This document shows, in pieces, positions 9,015 to 21,018 of a stretch of DNA of 64,000 bases. Positions within the stretch are counted from its first letter, which is position 1; each line of letters begins with the position of its first letter. The stretch is from positions 1,859-65,858 of the forward strand of contig JAUSFE010000050.1 in NCBI GenBank assembly GCA_030649945.1, in the 5' to 3' direction. The notes under the pieces were generated by a model. The model was not told the DNA's origin and searched no databases. It was given only the letters and a program-made list of their open reading frames with translations. Made by a program: the position numbers and the translations under genes. This DNA comes from Dehalococcoidia bacterium (lineage in GTDB: Bacteria; Chloroflexota; Dehalococcoidia; SM23-28-2; RBG-16-64-32).

Positions 9015-9929
9015 ATGGCTGACGAGCGCTTCTTCCCGGCCGGCAACTTCGCGGCGCTGTCCGCTGAGTACAGCGCCTACGAGCGGTCGCGCGTCGTCAT
9101 CCTGCCCGTGCCGTATGACTCCACCGCCTCCGGCTGGGTAGGCTCGCGCGAGGGCCCGGCGGCCATCATCGCCGCCTCCGCCAACATGGAGCTGTACGAC
9201 ATCGGCCTGCCTACCCTGCCTACCGGCAGGCAGGCCGGACAGGCAGGCACCGGGGCCGAGCCGTACCTCGCCGGCATCCACACCCTGCCGGAGGTGGCCG
9301 TGCACACCGGCAACCCGCAGGGGATGGTGGAGCGCATCGAGGAGATCGTGGGCGAGCTGATCGACGCCGGGAAGTTCGTGGTCACGCTCGGCGGCGAGCA
9401 CACGGTGGCCGTGGGCGCGGCCAGGGCCCACGCCAGGCGCATCCCGGCCCTCTCCGTGCTGGCCTTTGACGCCCACGCGGACATGCGGGACACGTACCTG
9501 GACTCGCCCTACAACCACGCCTGCACGCTGCGCCGTATCTCGGAGGTCGCGCCGATCGTCCAGGTGGGGCTGCGCAGCGCCGAGCGCGAGGAGCACGAGT
9601 ACATCCGCGAGCAGGGCCTGCGTTTCTACGGCCCGCGGGAGTACCGGGCGCTGGGGCCGGAGGGCGTGGCGGAGCAGCTATCGGACAGCGTGTACGTGAC
9701 GTTCGACCTGGACGCCTTCGACTCGTCGGTCGTGGCGGCGGTGGGGACGCCGGAGCCGGGCGGGCTGCTCTGGGACGAGGTGAGCGAGCTGCTGGAGACG
9801 GTCGCCCGGCGGCGGCGCCTCGTGGGGTTCGACGTGACGGAGCTGGCGCCCTCGCTGGGCCCGCGGGCGAACGCGCAACTGGCGGCCAAGCTGGCGTACC
9901 GCATCATCGGCCTGGCGCTGCGGGAGTAA
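9015..9929 (+). CDS. speB: agmatinase (arginase/ureohydrolase family)
   Basis: Mn-binding motifs LGGEHTVAVG, DAHADMRD and SFDLDAFD(S). Co-located with speH and the DHS-like gene. Confidence 0.85.
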   Translation: MADERFFPAGNFAALSAEYSAYERSRVVILPVPYDSTASGWVGSREGPAAIIAASANMELYDIGLPTLPTGRQAGQAGTGAEPYLAGIHTLPEVAVHTGNPQGMVERIEEIVGELIDAGKFVVTLGGEHTVAVGAARAHARRIPALSVLAFDAHADMRDTYLDSPYNHACTLRRISEVAPIVQVGLRSAEREEHEYIREQGLRFYGPREYRALGPEGVAEQLSDSVYVTFDLDAFDSSVVAAVGTPEPGGLLWDEVSELLETVARRRRLVGFDVTELAPSLGPRANAQLAAKLAYRIIGLALRE

Positions 9930-9939
9930 GGGGGCGCCC

Positions 9940-10416
9940 TTACGCCACAGCCGCCCGCACGTCCAGCATCTGCGCCAGGTGCGCGCGGGCGTGCTCGACC
10001 TCCATCTCGGCCCGGCTGCGCACCGTCACCGGGCCGCTTTCCGGGTGCACGCCGGAGCGCTCCCACGCCTCGTCCGGCAGGTGCTCCAGCTGGTAAGCCA
10101 GGCCTGCCAAGAACGCGCGCAACCCCGTGAGCGCCTTCTGCGGGTCTTCCCCCTGGTAGTTGCGTTCCACGGCCCACGCGTCCTGGTCGTAGGACACAAG
10201 GGTGGGGTTGTCGTCCTCCACCAGGCGACGGACCCGCAACCCCTCCTCGGCGGCGGAGTCCCGCAGGTGGCAGACGATCTCCAGGAGCGACCACTCTCCC
10301 TCCGCCTGAGGCGGACGGCGCAGCTGGTCGTTGCTCAGGCCCCGGCAGGCGGCCTCGACGTCGTCCGGCGCCTGTCGCAGGAGGGTGATGATCTCGGTGC
10401 GGTGCATGGGTGGCAT
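9940..10416 (-). CDS. DinB/YfiT-like four-helix-bundle family protein
   Basis: 158 aa; the pattern LSNDQLRRPPQAEGEWSLLEIVCHLRDSAAEE...EVEHARAHLAQM is a DinB_2-like His-containing helical bundle. Confidence 0.6.
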   Translation of the reverse strand: MPPMHRTEIITLLRQAPDDVEAACRGLSNDQLRRPPQAEGEWSLLEIVCHLRDSAAEEGLRVRRLVEDDNPTLVSYDQDAWAVERNYQGEDPQKALTGLRAFLAGLAYQLEHLPDEAWERSGVHPESGPVTVRSRAEMEVEHARAHLAQMLDVRAAVA

Positions 10417-10461
10417 TATACGGGCTGCGGCAGGGTGCTGCGCCGGGCCGGAGACGCGGCG

Positions 10462-10677
10462 TCAGCGGAGCTTCACGTTGAGCGCAGGCAAGGCTTCGGT
10501 CTCGAGAGTCTTGAGGTCAAGCCTGTGCGAGGCGCGCTGAATGTCGATCCCGACCACGTTGCCGTCGGCGTCGAGGTCCAGGACCACGCCGTCGGCCACC
10601 TCTCGTGAATCGGCGCCGGGGTTTGGGTTCAAGTCGATGTAAAGCGAATCAGTCTCGGGGTAGTAGTGCAGCTTCAT
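10462..10677 (-). CDS. DUF2283 family protein (putative antitoxin partner)
   Basis: 71 aa: MKLHYYPETDSLYIDLNPNPGADSREVADGVVLDLDADGNVVGIDIQ. Overlaps the upstream DUF4258 gene by 4 nt (ATGA). Confidence 0.7.
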   Translation of the reverse strand: MKLHYYPETDSLYIDLNPNPGADSREVADGVVLDLDADGNVVGIDIQRASHRLDLKTLETEALPALNVKLR

Positions 10678-10934
10678 GGTTCCTCTCGCGCCTGTCCCGA
10701 TGGTACCACGAAGTCCCGGTCCGGGAAGGCGTTGTGAACGGTCTCCCCGTCTTCCAGCGTAACGACGCGCAGTACGCGCTCACCCAATTCCGGTACCGTT
10801 GCCCAATATCGTATGCGGCCGTCCGGCTGAACCTCGCGCCGCGCCGGGCGCGCAAGAACACGCTCGCACCACTCGCGCCGAATGTAGGGTCGCTTGCGCA
10901 TGACCTGCTCCTCGAAGTACCGCGTGGTCTTCAT
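10674..10934 (-). CDS. DUF4258 family protein (putative toxin of a DUF4258/DUF2283 pair)
   Basis: 86 aa; YFEEQVMRKRPYIRREWCERVLARP...GRIRYWATVPELGERVLRVVTLEDGETVHNAF. Confidence 0.7.
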   Translation of the reverse strand: MKTTRYFEEQVMRKRPYIRREWCERVLARPARREVQPDGRIRYWATVPELGERVLRVVTLEDGETVHNAFPDRDFVVPSGQAREEP

Positions 10935-10946
10935 GCCAGCGCGGCG

Positions 10947-11810
10947 CTATCTCGCGGCGATCTGCGGGTGGGCGCGCAGCCTCTCCTCCACCTGGCGCCG
11001 GTCCGGGATGCCCTCGATGCCGATGCCCTCCACGGCTATGGAGGCGGCGCAGGAGGCGAAGCGGGCCGCCTCCCAGGGATCGCCCGTCTCGTGGAAGCGG
11101 ATCAGGAAGCCGGCGGCGAAGACATCGCCGGCGCCGGTGAGGTCCACGGGGTGCGCGGGGAAGGCTTCGATGTGCCGCCAGCGGCCGCGCACGCCCACGT
11201 CTGCGCCGTTGTAGCCGCGGGTGAAGGCGAGGATATCGACCATGGCGCCCCAGCGCTTGAGGGCGGCGGGCGCCTGGCCGGGGAGCACGTCCTCATCGGA
11301 GAGAAAGAGCGCCGCTGTGTGGCGCAGGACGGGCGCGGCGTCCCAGCGGGCCGGCGGCACCGGCCGCACCTGGGTGTCCGGCCTGATCCGGCGCAGCCAG
11401 CCCTGGGCGCCGGCGCCGACCAGCGAGGCCGGGAAAGAGGCGGCCAGGGCATCGTCAATCTCTCCCGCCACCGGCCCCAGCAGCACTACCGGGGTCTGCC
11501 TCCAGTGGTCCGGCAGGTGCTCCGCCAGCAGGCGCGCGCCGCACTGCGGCACGAACTGGCGGCGGCGCCCTTTGCCGTAGACGTTGCGTATGCGCGTCGT
11601 CGTTTCGCTGGGCGCCAGGCGGCACTCGACGCCCGGCAGCAGGTCCGCCAGGGGCAGGTCCGGCGCGGCGGCGGTGAGGGCGGCGGTGCGCAGGCCCAGC
11701 CGGCGGGCGAGGGTGGCGGCGTAAGCGACGGCGCCGCCCAGCCGCCAGCTGCCTTCGTCCGAGAGCAGGTCCTGGACGACGTGGCCGACGACCAGGAACT
11801 CCGGCGGCAT
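10947..11810 (-). CDS. PfkB-family carbohydrate kinase (ribokinase-like)
   Basis: 287 aa. Ribokinase-like fold with C-terminal motif DLTGAGDVFAAGFL and N-terminal VVGHVVQDL. Confidence 0.8.
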   Translation of the reverse strand: MPPEFLVVGHVVQDLLSDEGSWRLGGAVAYAATLARRLGLRTAALTAAAPDLPLADLLPGVECRLAPSETTTRIRNVYGKGRRRQFVPQCGARLLAEHLPDHWRQTPVVLLGPVAGEIDDALAASFPASLVGAGAQGWLRRIRPDTQVRPVPPARWDAAPVLRHTAALFLSDEDVLPGQAPAALKRWGAMVDILAFTRGYNGADVGVRGRWRHIEAFPAHPVDLTGAGDVFAAGFLIRFHETGDPWEAARFASCAASIAVEGIGIEGIPDRRQVEERLRAHPQIAAR

Positions 11811-12601
11811 CAGACGCCGGGGGGACGGCCGCGGCCGTCGAAGTCCGGGCGCTGGGGGCGCTGCCCGCCCTGGCTATCGCCGCGCGGGCGGATTACCACC
11901 TTGCGCTCGTCGCCGACGCCCACGGACCCGGTCATGACGTAGGGGTCGTCCACGAGCGCCAGATGGATGATGCGGCGCTCGGCGGCGGGCATCGGCTCCA
12001 GCGTGATCGGCCGGCGGGAGTTGCGCACACGGTCAGCCATGCGCTGCGCCAGGCCGTGCAGGGTGTCTTCCCGGCGGCGGTGGTAGTGCTCAACGTCCAC
12101 GGTCACGAGCACGCGGCTGCCCAGCTTGCGGGTGACCATGACGTTGATCAGGTACTGGAGCGCGGAGAGGGTGACGCCGCGGCGGCCGATGAGCAGGCCC
12201 AGGTCCTCGCCCTCGATGTCCAGGACGGCGGTGGCCCGGCCCAGGCCGTCGGCGGCGGTCTCGGGCGCGCGTACGGACACTTCGGCCTCGGCGCCCGCCA
12301 GCTCCAGCAGCGTGCGCAGGTAGTCCACGGCCAAGTCCACCTCTTCGGCGTGGATGTCCTTGACCTCGACAGCGCCCTCGGGGACGTCTTCAGACTCCTC
12401 TTCCACGGCAGCCGGGCGCGCGGTCCCTTCCTCCAGGGCCGTCACGCGCACGCGCGCCTGCTCTCCGCCCAGGCCGAAGATGCCGGGCTTGCCGGGGGTC
12501 AGGATCTCTATGTTCGCTTGATTGCGCTTCAGCCCGAGTTCATCGAGAGCGATGTCGATGGCCTCATCGACGGTTTTTGCGCTTACCTCTACGCTTTCCA
12601 T
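11810..12601 (-). CDS. jag: RNA-binding protein Jag/KhpB (Jag_N + KH + R3H domains)
   Basis: 263 aa. Jag_N MESVEVSAKTVDEAIDIALDELG; KH GRRGVTLSALQYLINVMV; R3H LEPMPAAERRIIHLAL. Follows yidC. Confidence 0.85.
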   Translation of the reverse strand: MESVEVSAKTVDEAIDIALDELGLKRNQANIEILTPGKPGIFGLGGEQARVRVTALEEGTARPAAVEEESEDVPEGAVEVKDIHAEEVDLAVDYLRTLLELAGAEAEVSVRAPETAADGLGRATAVLDIEGEDLGLLIGRRGVTLSALQYLINVMVTRKLGSRVLVTVDVEHYHRRREDTLHGLAQRMADRVRNSRRPITLEPMPAAERRIIHLALVDDPYVMTGSVGVGDERKVVIRPRGDSQGGQRPQRPDFDGRGRPPGV

Positions 12602-13559
12602 GGGACGGCCTCACTCTTTCCACCGGAGCCGCGGGGGCCGGCTCCTCGTTGTCTCTTGCTTCTTGATCACGGCTGTCAGCCGTGGGCTTTCTGGCCGCCG
12701 GAGCGGGCTCTGGGGCGGGGCCGGGCAGCAGCAGATAGCGCCAGCTGAGGACGCGGCGGCCGTAGACGTAGTAGCTGGCGAAGAGGCTGAACACGTTGGA
12801 CGCCACCCAGTAGACGCCCACGCCGCTGGGCAGGTTCAGCGTGAAGAACACCAGCATCATGGGCATCATCCACATCATCATCTGCTGCTGCAGCTGCTGC
12901 TGGGCGCTGGCGTTGGGCGTCTGGCTCATCTTCTGCTGGATGTAGGTGGACAGGCCGACGATGAGCGGCAGGATGAAGGTGGTGTCCGGCTGGCCCAGGT
13001 TCAGGTAGAGGAAGTGCTGCTCGAGGGGCACCTGGTTCTGCAGGAAGGAGATGGGGTACAGCCGCTGCGAGAGGGCCACCAGGCTCTCCGGGCTGCCGCC
13101 CACAACGAACACCAGCGACCGGTAGAGGGCGATGAAGACGACCATCTGGATGACCATGGGCAGGAAGCAGCCCAGGGGGTTGATGTTGTGCTCCCGGTAG
13201 AGCTTCAGCATCTCCTCCTGGCGGCGCTTGGGGTCCTTGTACTTCTTCTGGATCTCCTGCATCTGCGGCTGGGCGGTCTGCATGGCCTTCGTGGACTGTA
13301 GCTGGCGGATGGTGAACGGCAGCGTGGCGAGGCGCAGGAGCAGCGTGAAGAGCAGGATGGCCAGGCCAAACTGGCCCAGGACGACCAGGTTCAGCAAGAG
13401 CAGGGCGTTAATGAGCGGATCAATGAGCAGGAGGTTGAACGTGTTGGAGAAGCCGTAAAAGACGAGCATTGAGAGGAAGACCGCGATGACCAGGAACATG
13501 CCGGCGGCGAAGGGGCTGAAGCGGCCCGGGCGGGGAGCAGAGGCGGGCTGCGCGCTCAA
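12564..13559 (-). CDS. yidC: membrane protein insertase YidC/Oxa1 family
   Basis: 331 aa, polytopic. YidC C-terminal region motifs (LPFTIRQLQSTKAMQ..IQKKYKDPKRRQEEMLKLYREHNINPLGCFLPMVIQ). Basic C-terminal tail. Confidence 0.9.
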   Translation of the reverse strand: MSAQPASAPRPGRFSPFAAGMFLVIAVFLSMLVFYGFSNTFNLLLIDPLINALLLLNLVVLGQFGLAILLFTLLLRLATLPFTIRQLQSTKAMQTAQPQMQEIQKKYKDPKRRQEEMLKLYREHNINPLGCFLPMVIQMVVFIALYRSLVFVVGGSPESLVALSQRLYPISFLQNQVPLEQHFLYLNLGQPDTTFILPLIVGLSTYIQQKMSQTPNASAQQQLQQQMMMWMMPMMLVFFTLNLPSGVGVYWVASNVFSLFASYYVYGRRVLSWRYLLLPGPAPEPAPAARKPTADSRDQEARDNEEPAPAAPVERVRPSHGKRRGKRKNRR

Positions 13560-14725
13560 CCCGGCACCTCCACCAGGCGCGTGGAGCCGGCCTGGGGATC
13601 CACGGTGAAGAGATCACCGCCCTCGGCGACGATGAGCACCTCCGCCGGCGTGTCCGGGAGGAGCAGCGGGTCGGAGAGGACGGCCTTGGCGAGGATGGAG
13701 GGGCCGGACCAGACGGACTTGCCGGTCCTGGGGTCCAGCCCGGAGACGTTGCCGTGGCGATCCACGATCAGGAGCACGCTACCGGCGAGGAGCGGGGACG
13801 AGCGCACCGACGCCTCCGCCTGGAAGGGCTGCTGCCAAGCGTTGCTGCCGTCCGCGACGTTGAGGGCGTAGACCTTGTGGTCCAGGTTCGGCACGTAGAC
13901 AATGCCGCCGTCCACGAGCGGGCGGCCCCAGAACCAGCTGCCGGCCTTGAAGGACCACTTCTCGCTGCCGTCGCTGGCATCGACGGCGTAGAGCTGCTTG
14001 CCGATGCCGCCGACGAGGACGGTGTTCTTATCGGCAAGGACCGGGTCGGTGAGGAGAGCGGCGTCCGCCTTGAACGGAGCGGCCCACAAGGGGTCCAGGG
14101 TCTCGGGGTCCAGGGCGAACAGCCTGCCGCCTACGGTGGCGACGTAGACGGCTGATTCGGTGACAAGCGGTGTGGCCCAGACAGGGTCTCCGGCATCGAA
14201 GGTGTGTACGACGGCGCCCTTGTTGTTCGGGTCCAGGGCGTAGACGCGGCCGTCTTCCGACCCCACGAAGAGCCGGTCAATGGTCTGCGCGGCGCCCGCG
14301 GCGCGGGCGGCGACGCCGCTGACGATCGGTCCGCCTGTCTCGAACGGCCCCCAGCGCTGGCTGCCGTCCTGCGTGCTGAGCGCGTAGACGTTGCCGTCGT
14401 AGGCGCCGAAGTAGATGGTGTCCGCGGTCACGACCGGCGAGCCGTAGATGCCTTCCAGGTCCAGCTTCTTGCCTTCGCTGGTGTCCGGCGGGAACACCCA
14501 CTTCACGCTCATGCCGTCTTGATTGAGCGCGGCCATCTTGCCCCTCTCGATGCTGACGTAGAGCGTGTCGCCGGCCAGAGCCGGGCCGGCCCAGCCCTGC
14601 GGCTTCGTGACGCTGGCGCAGCCGGCGGCGATGAGGACGAAGGCAACCCCCAGCAGCAGCCAGGGCAGCCGGCGCCGCAAGGAGCGGATCGCGCCGTCTT
14701 CGCTGCGGTCAGCGGACTGGGTCAT
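13556..14725 (-). CDS. PQQ-like beta-propeller repeat lipoprotein (BamB-like fold)
   Basis: 389 aa. Signal peptide with lipobox LIAAGC. Eight repeats of about 40 aa with the Y(A/V)(L/V)D...G...W pattern (LYALDPETLDPLW, VYALNVADGSNAW). Confidence 0.75.
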   Translation of the reverse strand: MTQSADRSEDGAIRSLRRRLPWLLLGVAFVLIAAGCASVTKPQGWAGPALAGDTLYVSIERGKMAALNQDGMSVKWVFPPDTSEGKKLDLEGIYGSPVVTADTIYFGAYDGNVYALSTQDGSQRWGPFETGGPIVSGVAARAAGAAQTIDRLFVGSEDGRVYALDPNNKGAVVHTFDAGDPVWATPLVTESAVYVATVGGRLFALDPETLDPLWAAPFKADAALLTDPVLADKNTVLVGGIGKQLYAVDASDGSEKWSFKAGSWFWGRPLVDGGIVYVPNLDHKVYALNVADGSNAWQQPFQAEASVRSSPLLAGSVLLIVDRHGNVSGLDPRTGKSVWSGPSILAKAVLSDPLLLPDTPAEVLIVAEGGDLFTVDPQAGSTRLVEVPG

Positions 14726-14918
14726 AACCGCCGCTATTGAACGGATTGCAGCGGACCAGGCGCCACGCCGTTAACAGCGCTCCCTTGAGGACGCCGTGCC
14801 GGCCGATCGCGTCGTAGCCGTAGTGGGAGCAGGTGGGCTGAAAGCGGCAACCGGCGGGCAGGCCGGGCGAGACGCGGCGCTGGTAGAAGCGGATGGCGGC
14901 CAGGGCGGTGCCCTTCAT
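14709..14918 (-). CDS. yidD: membrane protein insertion efficiency factor YidD
   Basis: 69 aa; FYQRRVSPGLPAGCRFQPTCSHYGYDAIGRHG is the canonical YidD motif. Confidence 0.85.
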   Translation of the reverse strand: MKGTALAAIRFYQRRVSPGLPAGCRFQPTCSHYGYDAIGRHGVLKGALLTAWRLVRCNPFNSGGYDPVR

Positions 14919-15277
14919 GCTCCGTTCGCCTCCGTGGCGTCCCGCGCCAGGAGACCGGCGCGGGAGAGCAGATTGACTACCGCCCGCCGCAGTTCGGAGA
15001 AGGGGGCGCGGGCGGCGGCGGTCTTCGCGGAGAGAACGAGGTCCCAGCCCGGCTGTACGGGGAGCACGCGGACAACCTCCCGCAGGCGGCGGCGGACGCG
15101 ATTGCGGACGACGGCGCCGCCCAGCCGCTTGCTGGTGACGAAGCCGTAGCGGTTGTGCTGGAGGCTATTGGCGAGCGATCTCAGCACGAGAAGGTCGTTG
15201 TTCCAGCGGCTGCCTGTGCGGAAGACCGCATCGAAGTCCTTGCGATGCCGTAGCCGCAGCTCCCTGGGAATGCCCAA
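14915..15277 (-). CDS. rnpA: ribonuclease P protein component
   Basis: Probable TTG start (complement 15275-15277) with RBS GGGGGAG. LRLRHRKDFDAVFRTGSRWNNDLLVLR...KRLGGAVVRNRVRRRLRE is the RnpA signature. The ORF-track 5' extension to 15556 would overlap rpmH. Confidence 0.8.
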   Translation of the reverse strand: MGIPRELRLRHRKDFDAVFRTGSRWNNDLLVLRSLANSLQHNRYGFVTSKRLGGAVVRNRVRRRLREVVRVLPVQPGWDLVLSAKTAAARAPFSELRRAVVNLLSRAGLLARDATEANGA

Positions 15278-15311
15278 GCGCGCTCCCCCCTGCTGTGCGG
15301 GAGAGCGGAGC

Positions 15312-15449
15312 TCAGACGGCGAGCCGCCACCTGCCCTTGAGCATTCTGCGCTTAAGGACCGCTTTCCCTTTCTTAGTGCTGTTCCGGGCCATGAAGCCGT
15401 GGACGCGCTTGCGGCGGCGCGCTTTCGGCTGGTAAGTGCGCTTGGGCAA
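15312..15449 (-). CDS. rpmH: 50S ribosomal protein L34
   Basis: Not in the ORF track (TTG start, 45 aa). Manual translation: (M)[44 protein letters not shown], with RBS GGAGG 8 nt upstream. Confidence 0.85.
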   Translation of the reverse strand: MPKRTYQPKARRRKRVHGFMARNSTKKGKAVLKRRMLKGRWRLAV

Positions 15450-15599
15450 GAGGGCGCCTCCAAATGCCTACACAAAGTATCGCCCGCCTCCGGCGGACGG
15501 GCGCCGCTGGGGCGGGGCCGCTCTGCATTATAGGCCGGGGGCGATTCTGGGGTCAATGAAATGGCGGCGCAGATGGCGTCTCAGAAGATTCATGGTTTA

Positions 15600-16000
15600 T
15601 CCGGCAAGACGGCACCTTGAAGGGTGTGGCATCAGGAGGCTATCGCTGCCGCAGCCTTCAGGCTGCGGTCTAAGTGTAGTGTCTCAAGAACAGCCTTACC
15701 ACGGCGCACCCTTGAAGTGAGAGACGGTACACGAGGGGTTCGGGCGCGCCATCGTCCCTCGCTCGCAGGTCTGCCCCACCCCAGATCCCTTCGCGAAGCT
15801 GCGCAGAGCCACGTGGCAGATGTCGTCTCGCTCAGGATGACGGACGGGATGGCGCCGCGCCTGCCTACCGCAGGCAGGCTCAACGTACCACGGGATACAG
15901 TCAAGGTATTTTGGAGACGGTACAATAGTAAGACCACACCCTTCAGGGTGTGGCATCAGGGGGCTATCGCCGCCGTCGGCTTCAGGCTGCGGTCAACTAC
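15600..16000. repeat. two direct copies (about 15617-15680 and about 15940-16000) of a roughly 60-bp element with two perfect hairpins (CACACCC-TTCA-GGGTGTG; GCAGCC-TTCA-GGCTGC), plus a copy of dispersed family R4 (CCCCAGATCCCTTCGCGAAGCT)
   Basis: Seen in the sequence. Region is non-coding and lies between rpmH and the ileS leader promoter. Confidence 0.5.
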
Positions 16001-16110
16001 GCCGTCACGTCGCCCCCGTTCGGTAACCCTACCCTTGAGGCAACGGCTTTCCTTCGGTAACCGTTATTATGAGGCAGATCGTAACCGTTTAAGTGAGGCA
16101 GATCGGCTGT

Positions 16111-16139
16111 TTGACAGCCCGCCCGGGCATGCCTACACT
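16111..16139 (+). promoter_or_regulatory. sigma-70-like promoter TTGACA-17bp-TACACT driving the ileS leader
   Basis: Consensus -35 hexamer, 17-bp spacer, near-consensus -10; about 410 nt upstream of the ileS ATG. Confidence 0.5.
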
Positions 16140-16145
16140 AGGGTC

Positions 16146-16440
16146 ACAATCGAACAACAAAGGCGAAGACGGAGACGAGTACGGCGCGCGGGGCCGGCCA
16201 GCGAGTCCCGCAGGGTGCGAGGGGACGCGGAGCCGCCGCCCGAAAATCACTCCCGAGCCGCCGACCGAACAGCGCCCCGAAGCGCCCAGTAGACTCGGCC
16301 GGAAGCCACCGTTAGCAGAGGCAGGCGTATAAGTCCGCCACCGGCGGGCCGTATGCCGGAATGAGCGTCCCCGCCTGAGGCGGGGAAATCAAGGTGGTAC
16401 CACGGGCAGAAGCTCGTCCTTTTGGGACGGGCTTTTTTGT
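16146..16440 (+). promoter_or_regulatory. T-box riboswitch leader (Ile-specific candidate) with intrinsic terminator, upstream of ileS
   Basis: T-box consensus AATCAAGGTGGTACCACGGG at about 16386-16405. This is immediately followed by the terminator hairpin GCTCGTCC-TTTT-GGGACGGGC + TTTTTTGT (16412-16439). Candidate specifier AUC-A at about 16246. Confidence 0.55.
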
Positions 16441-16555
16441 TGGGGAAGGAGCGAGAAGTCATGCAATCAAGCAATCATGCAATCAAGCAATCAACGCGCG
16501 TCGTCTCGCTTGATCCGATGATCGCATGCTTGCCTGATCGCCGAAGGAGCGCGCT

Positions 16556-19792
<3,237 letters not shown>

Positions 19793-19995
19793 CCCCCGGG
19801 CCCCGGGCCAACATCCTCATCCGGGTTGTACGGCGGCCGAACGTAGGGCGCAGCATGCTGCGCCCTACGGCGCACGGCGTTCCGCTCGCCGGGGCGGTGT
19901 GGCGCGGTGCGACAGGGTGGCGCCGGGCACAAGGGGTTGACGGCCCGAGGCCGGTCTCTCGTATACTCTGGCTGATGCAGACACAGGAGGTTAAC

Positions 19996-20664
19996 ATGTC
20001 CCCACTGGGGGAGACCCTCCGCCGTGCCCGACTCGCTAAAGGGATCACGATTGAAGACGCCGAGCGCGTAACTCGAATCCCCCGCAAGTACCTGGAAGCA
20101 CTGGAGCTGGAGAACTTCACCATCCTGCCCGCGCCCGTGTACGCGCGGGGTTTTCTGCGCTCCTACGCCGGCTACCTGGGGCTGGACGCCGCGGCGCTGC
20201 TGCCCTTCTTCCCCGTGGGCCACGTTGATGAGCCGCGGCTGGAACCGCTGCCGGAGGTGAAGCAGCCGCGGACCTGGAATATGAGCGGCGTCATCGCCAT
20301 CGCCGTCGTCGGTTTCCTGATCATGATCGTCGTCGCCCTGTACAGCGTCGGCCGCGAGGACAGCAACCCCGCCTTCATCAGCGGCCGCGCGCTGGACACC
20401 ACCAGCGGCCAGAACGGTGGGACGATCGTGCCGCCGGAGGGCGAGGGGGGGAGCGCGGAAGGGGGGCCGGCCATCGCCCTGCCGGACTTCGCCGGGGGCA
20501 GCCTGCAGGACGCCGTCGGCGTGATCGAGCGGGCGGGCGCCACCTACATTGTGGTCGAGATCCGCGGCGGCGACGTGCCCACCGGCCAGGTGGTGGACCA
20601 GGCCCCGCCGCCCGGAACGGCCGTGGGCGCCGGCGACCTGGTGACGATCACCGTCGCGCGCTAG
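19996..20664 (+). CDS. RodZ-like membrane protein: N-terminal XRE-type HTH, single TM helix, C-terminal PASTA-like domain
   Basis: ATG at 19996 with RBS AGGAGG and upstream -10 TATACT. N-terminal MSPLGETLRRARLAKGITIEDAERVTRIPRKYLEALE; TM VIAIAVVGFLIMIVVALY. The ORF-track start at 19162 overlaps ileS and is rejected. Confidence 0.65.
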   Translation: MSPLGETLRRARLAKGITIEDAERVTRIPRKYLEALELENFTILPAPVYARGFLRSYAGYLGLDAAALLPFFPVGHVDEPRLEPLPEVKQPRTWNMSGVIAIAVVGFLIMIVVALYSVGREDSNPAFISGRALDTTSGQNGGTIVPPEGEGGSAEGGPAIALPDFAGGSLQDAVGVIERAGATYIVVEIRGGDVPTGQVVDQAPPPGTAVGAGDLVTITVAR

Positions 20665-20990
20665 CGGGGTGCTGAAGAACGAGTCCTACAAACTTTTGTG
20701 TCTTCGTGTCTTCGTGGTGAGAATTCCCAGGGATCAACACGAAGGCACTACGACACAAGAGGGGTTCCTTATACAAGGGCTGGCTCTCCCCCGCCCCGCC
20801 CCGGTTGGACGCACCTGAAGGTACCTCCCTACTTTGGTGCCTTTGTGTCTTCGTGTCTTCGTGGTGAGAACTCCCAGGGATCAACACGAAGGCACTAAGA
20901 CACAATAGGGGTTCCTCATCCAAGGGCTGGGTCTCCCCCGCCCCGCCTCGGTTGGAGGCACCTGAAGGTACCTCCCTACGGGAATCCGGC
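20661..20990. repeat. two tandem copies of an about 140-bp MITE-like unit (families R7 GGTGCCTTTGTGTCTTCGTG and R3 CACCTGAAGGTACCTCCCTAC), preceded by an R2 terminal repeat (CTAGCGGGGTGCTGAAGAACGAG)
   Basis: Direct repeat copies near 20690-20830 and 20830-20975. Each has an internal inverted repeat GTGTCTTCGTG...CACGAAGGCAC. Confidence 0.8.
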
Positions 20991-21018
20991 CTAGGAACTA
21001 CAGCCAGGCCACTGGCGC

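Noticed and set aside
15450-16110. Possible oriC next to rpmH
   Set aside because: No DnaA-box (TTATCCACA) cluster or AT-rich DUE; region is GC-rich and filled with dispersed repeat copies
16146-16440. SRP RNA or RNase P RNA between rnpA and ileS (a CCGGAAG...AGCAG segment resembles SRP helix 8)
   Set aside because: The 3' end matches the T-box consensus and is followed by a terminator directly upstream of an aminoacyl-tRNA synthetase gene. RNase P P4 motifs (GGAAAGUCCGG / ACAGAANCCGGCUUA) are absent
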